A DNA stretch of 64,000 bases from Entomortierella parvispora E1425 (taxonomy: Eukaryota > Fungi > Mortierellomycota): positions 558,001-622,000 of the forward strand of contig BQFW01000012.1 of NCBI GenBank assembly GCA_020891255.1. Direction: 5' to 3'. The notes under the pieces were generated by a model that saw only the letters and a list, made by a program, of their open reading frames with translations, ran no database searches and was not told the origin of the DNA. The position numbers were made by a program, and so were the translations under genes. Numbering within the stretch: position 1 is the stretch's first letter; the number at the start of each line of letters is the position of its first letter. Shown here piece by piece: positions 62,715 to 64,000 of this stretch.

Positions 62715-64000
62715 AAATTGGGGTTGGGGGAGATATTGAATGTGTAAGAGTATAAGCGTGGCTAAGCGTCTGGGCAGGGTATCAGGGCTATTATCCTGTC
62801 AATTCTCTACTGTTTTTAGAGAGAAGTATACCAAGAAGAGGCTACTTCTCGGTCTTTTTTGAATTCTGACTAGAATTAAGGATCGACGGAGAATCGCGTG
62901 GAAACAAAAAAGACCTTGTCAATCAAGAAATCTGATCGCTGCATATTAAGACCTTCCCCGCGGTGGATATTTTCCAATGTGCCAATGTGTACAGCACTGA
63001 AGAGCACTAACCTGACCAAATGGGCTTTGCGGAAACAGTAGGTTGAGGTGTTGGATCGAGACTTGTGTGAGAATTGGTGACGGAAGGTGCAAGGGAAGAG
63101 AGAAGGAGGAGCTGAAGGACTTCCAAGGCGAAGTTATAAGCGAAAAAAAAAAAAAAAGAATTCCTCCCCCCAAAAAAAACGGCAGAATGAGAAATAAGAG
63201 ATCTCCCTGTGCATGGAGACCATGCAGTCTGTTGCCAAAAAAAATAATACAGGATGCATTGATCAAAAAGAGCATGCGCAAGTAAGGGGGGTCGACGAGT
63301 TGACGATATGGCCATGAAAAGGCGAGACCACAAATGGTGCGGCACAGAAGCTCGGGACAGCCATCGGCAATGAGAGTTGGATGGAAATCTCTCAATCTTG
63401 CGTTCATGCAACAAACAAGAAAACTGCTCTCCTCTGAATGGTATAAACAAGTCAATCGAGTTTGTCTCTCTCATTATCCTTTCAGTGATTAGGATTTCGA
63501 TCCCATTCTGGAAAGAAGTCGTCAGGAATAACAAGAAAGAAATAAAGAACAGGCAAAGGAACACGAAAAGATTCTTGTCGCACAACAGATCGCCGTCGAC
63601 GATCTTCTCTATTTGAGCGTGGGTACAATTCCAAGCCCCAGCAGGGGCTAGATAGAATGATAACTAAGGAGGGGGCACCATATCTGATCCCGACTCTGTT
63701 CGAGATATCTGGAGCTACGTTTTGATCTAGAGGCATCAAAAACCCCAGATTTCTTTGCAAATATCAGCTTCATTTGCCTAAAAAGCACCGAGAGCTGTAA
63801 CAAGAGCAAAGGAAGGCAAAGCTATATCATGCGAACTTGCCTGGACATTCACCACGGCAACGCATCGAGTAAACCTTCCCATGAACGCACAGTCCCTTTT
63901 AGATCTGCCACAAACAAAGGCATGCCAACTCAACGGGATGGATACTTGTAGAAACAGAATAAAAATACATACCTCTCTACTGATAGAAATTTACTTTCGG

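Noticed and set aside
62946-63760. Overlapping short ORFs at the window end
   Set aside because: They are dominated by poly-A/T-derived K/F runs with no domain, and are probably promoter or UTR sequence.

Overview
Eukaryotic (fungal) genomic DNA. It has short spliceosomal introns and family types typical of Mortierellaceae (Mortierellomycota); the taxon is inferred from gene style only. About 20 mostly housekeeping genes are recognisable: VPS20, poly(A) polymerase, F-box/LRR, RING/STUbL, YIF1, Rab8/SEC4, HMG-CoA reductase, PQ-loop, SEL1-repeat, eEF1B-gamma with an intronic snR38-like snoRNA, FAD monooxygenase, PMA1, HOP2, GNAT, subtilisin PRB1, peroxisomal hydroxy-acid oxidase and PCID2/CSN12. 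The standout is an accessory island at about 12.7-19.1 kb on the minus strand. Four ORF-track fragments there splice in frame into one ~1490-aa protein with an N-terminal XPG/FEN1-like PIN 5'-nuclease domain and a C-terminal Fanzor/TnpB-like RuvC plus Zn-finger with an intact D-E-D triad. Downstream lie a non-coding tract full of splice signals and micro-exons (candidate omegaRNA region), a perfect 21-bp inverted repeat and a truncated Tc1/IS630-type transposase HTH. Other notable items are a pseudokinase-phytochelatin synthase fusion and a strongly structured long intron in the subtilisin gene. All splice models were read by eye and no database searches were run.
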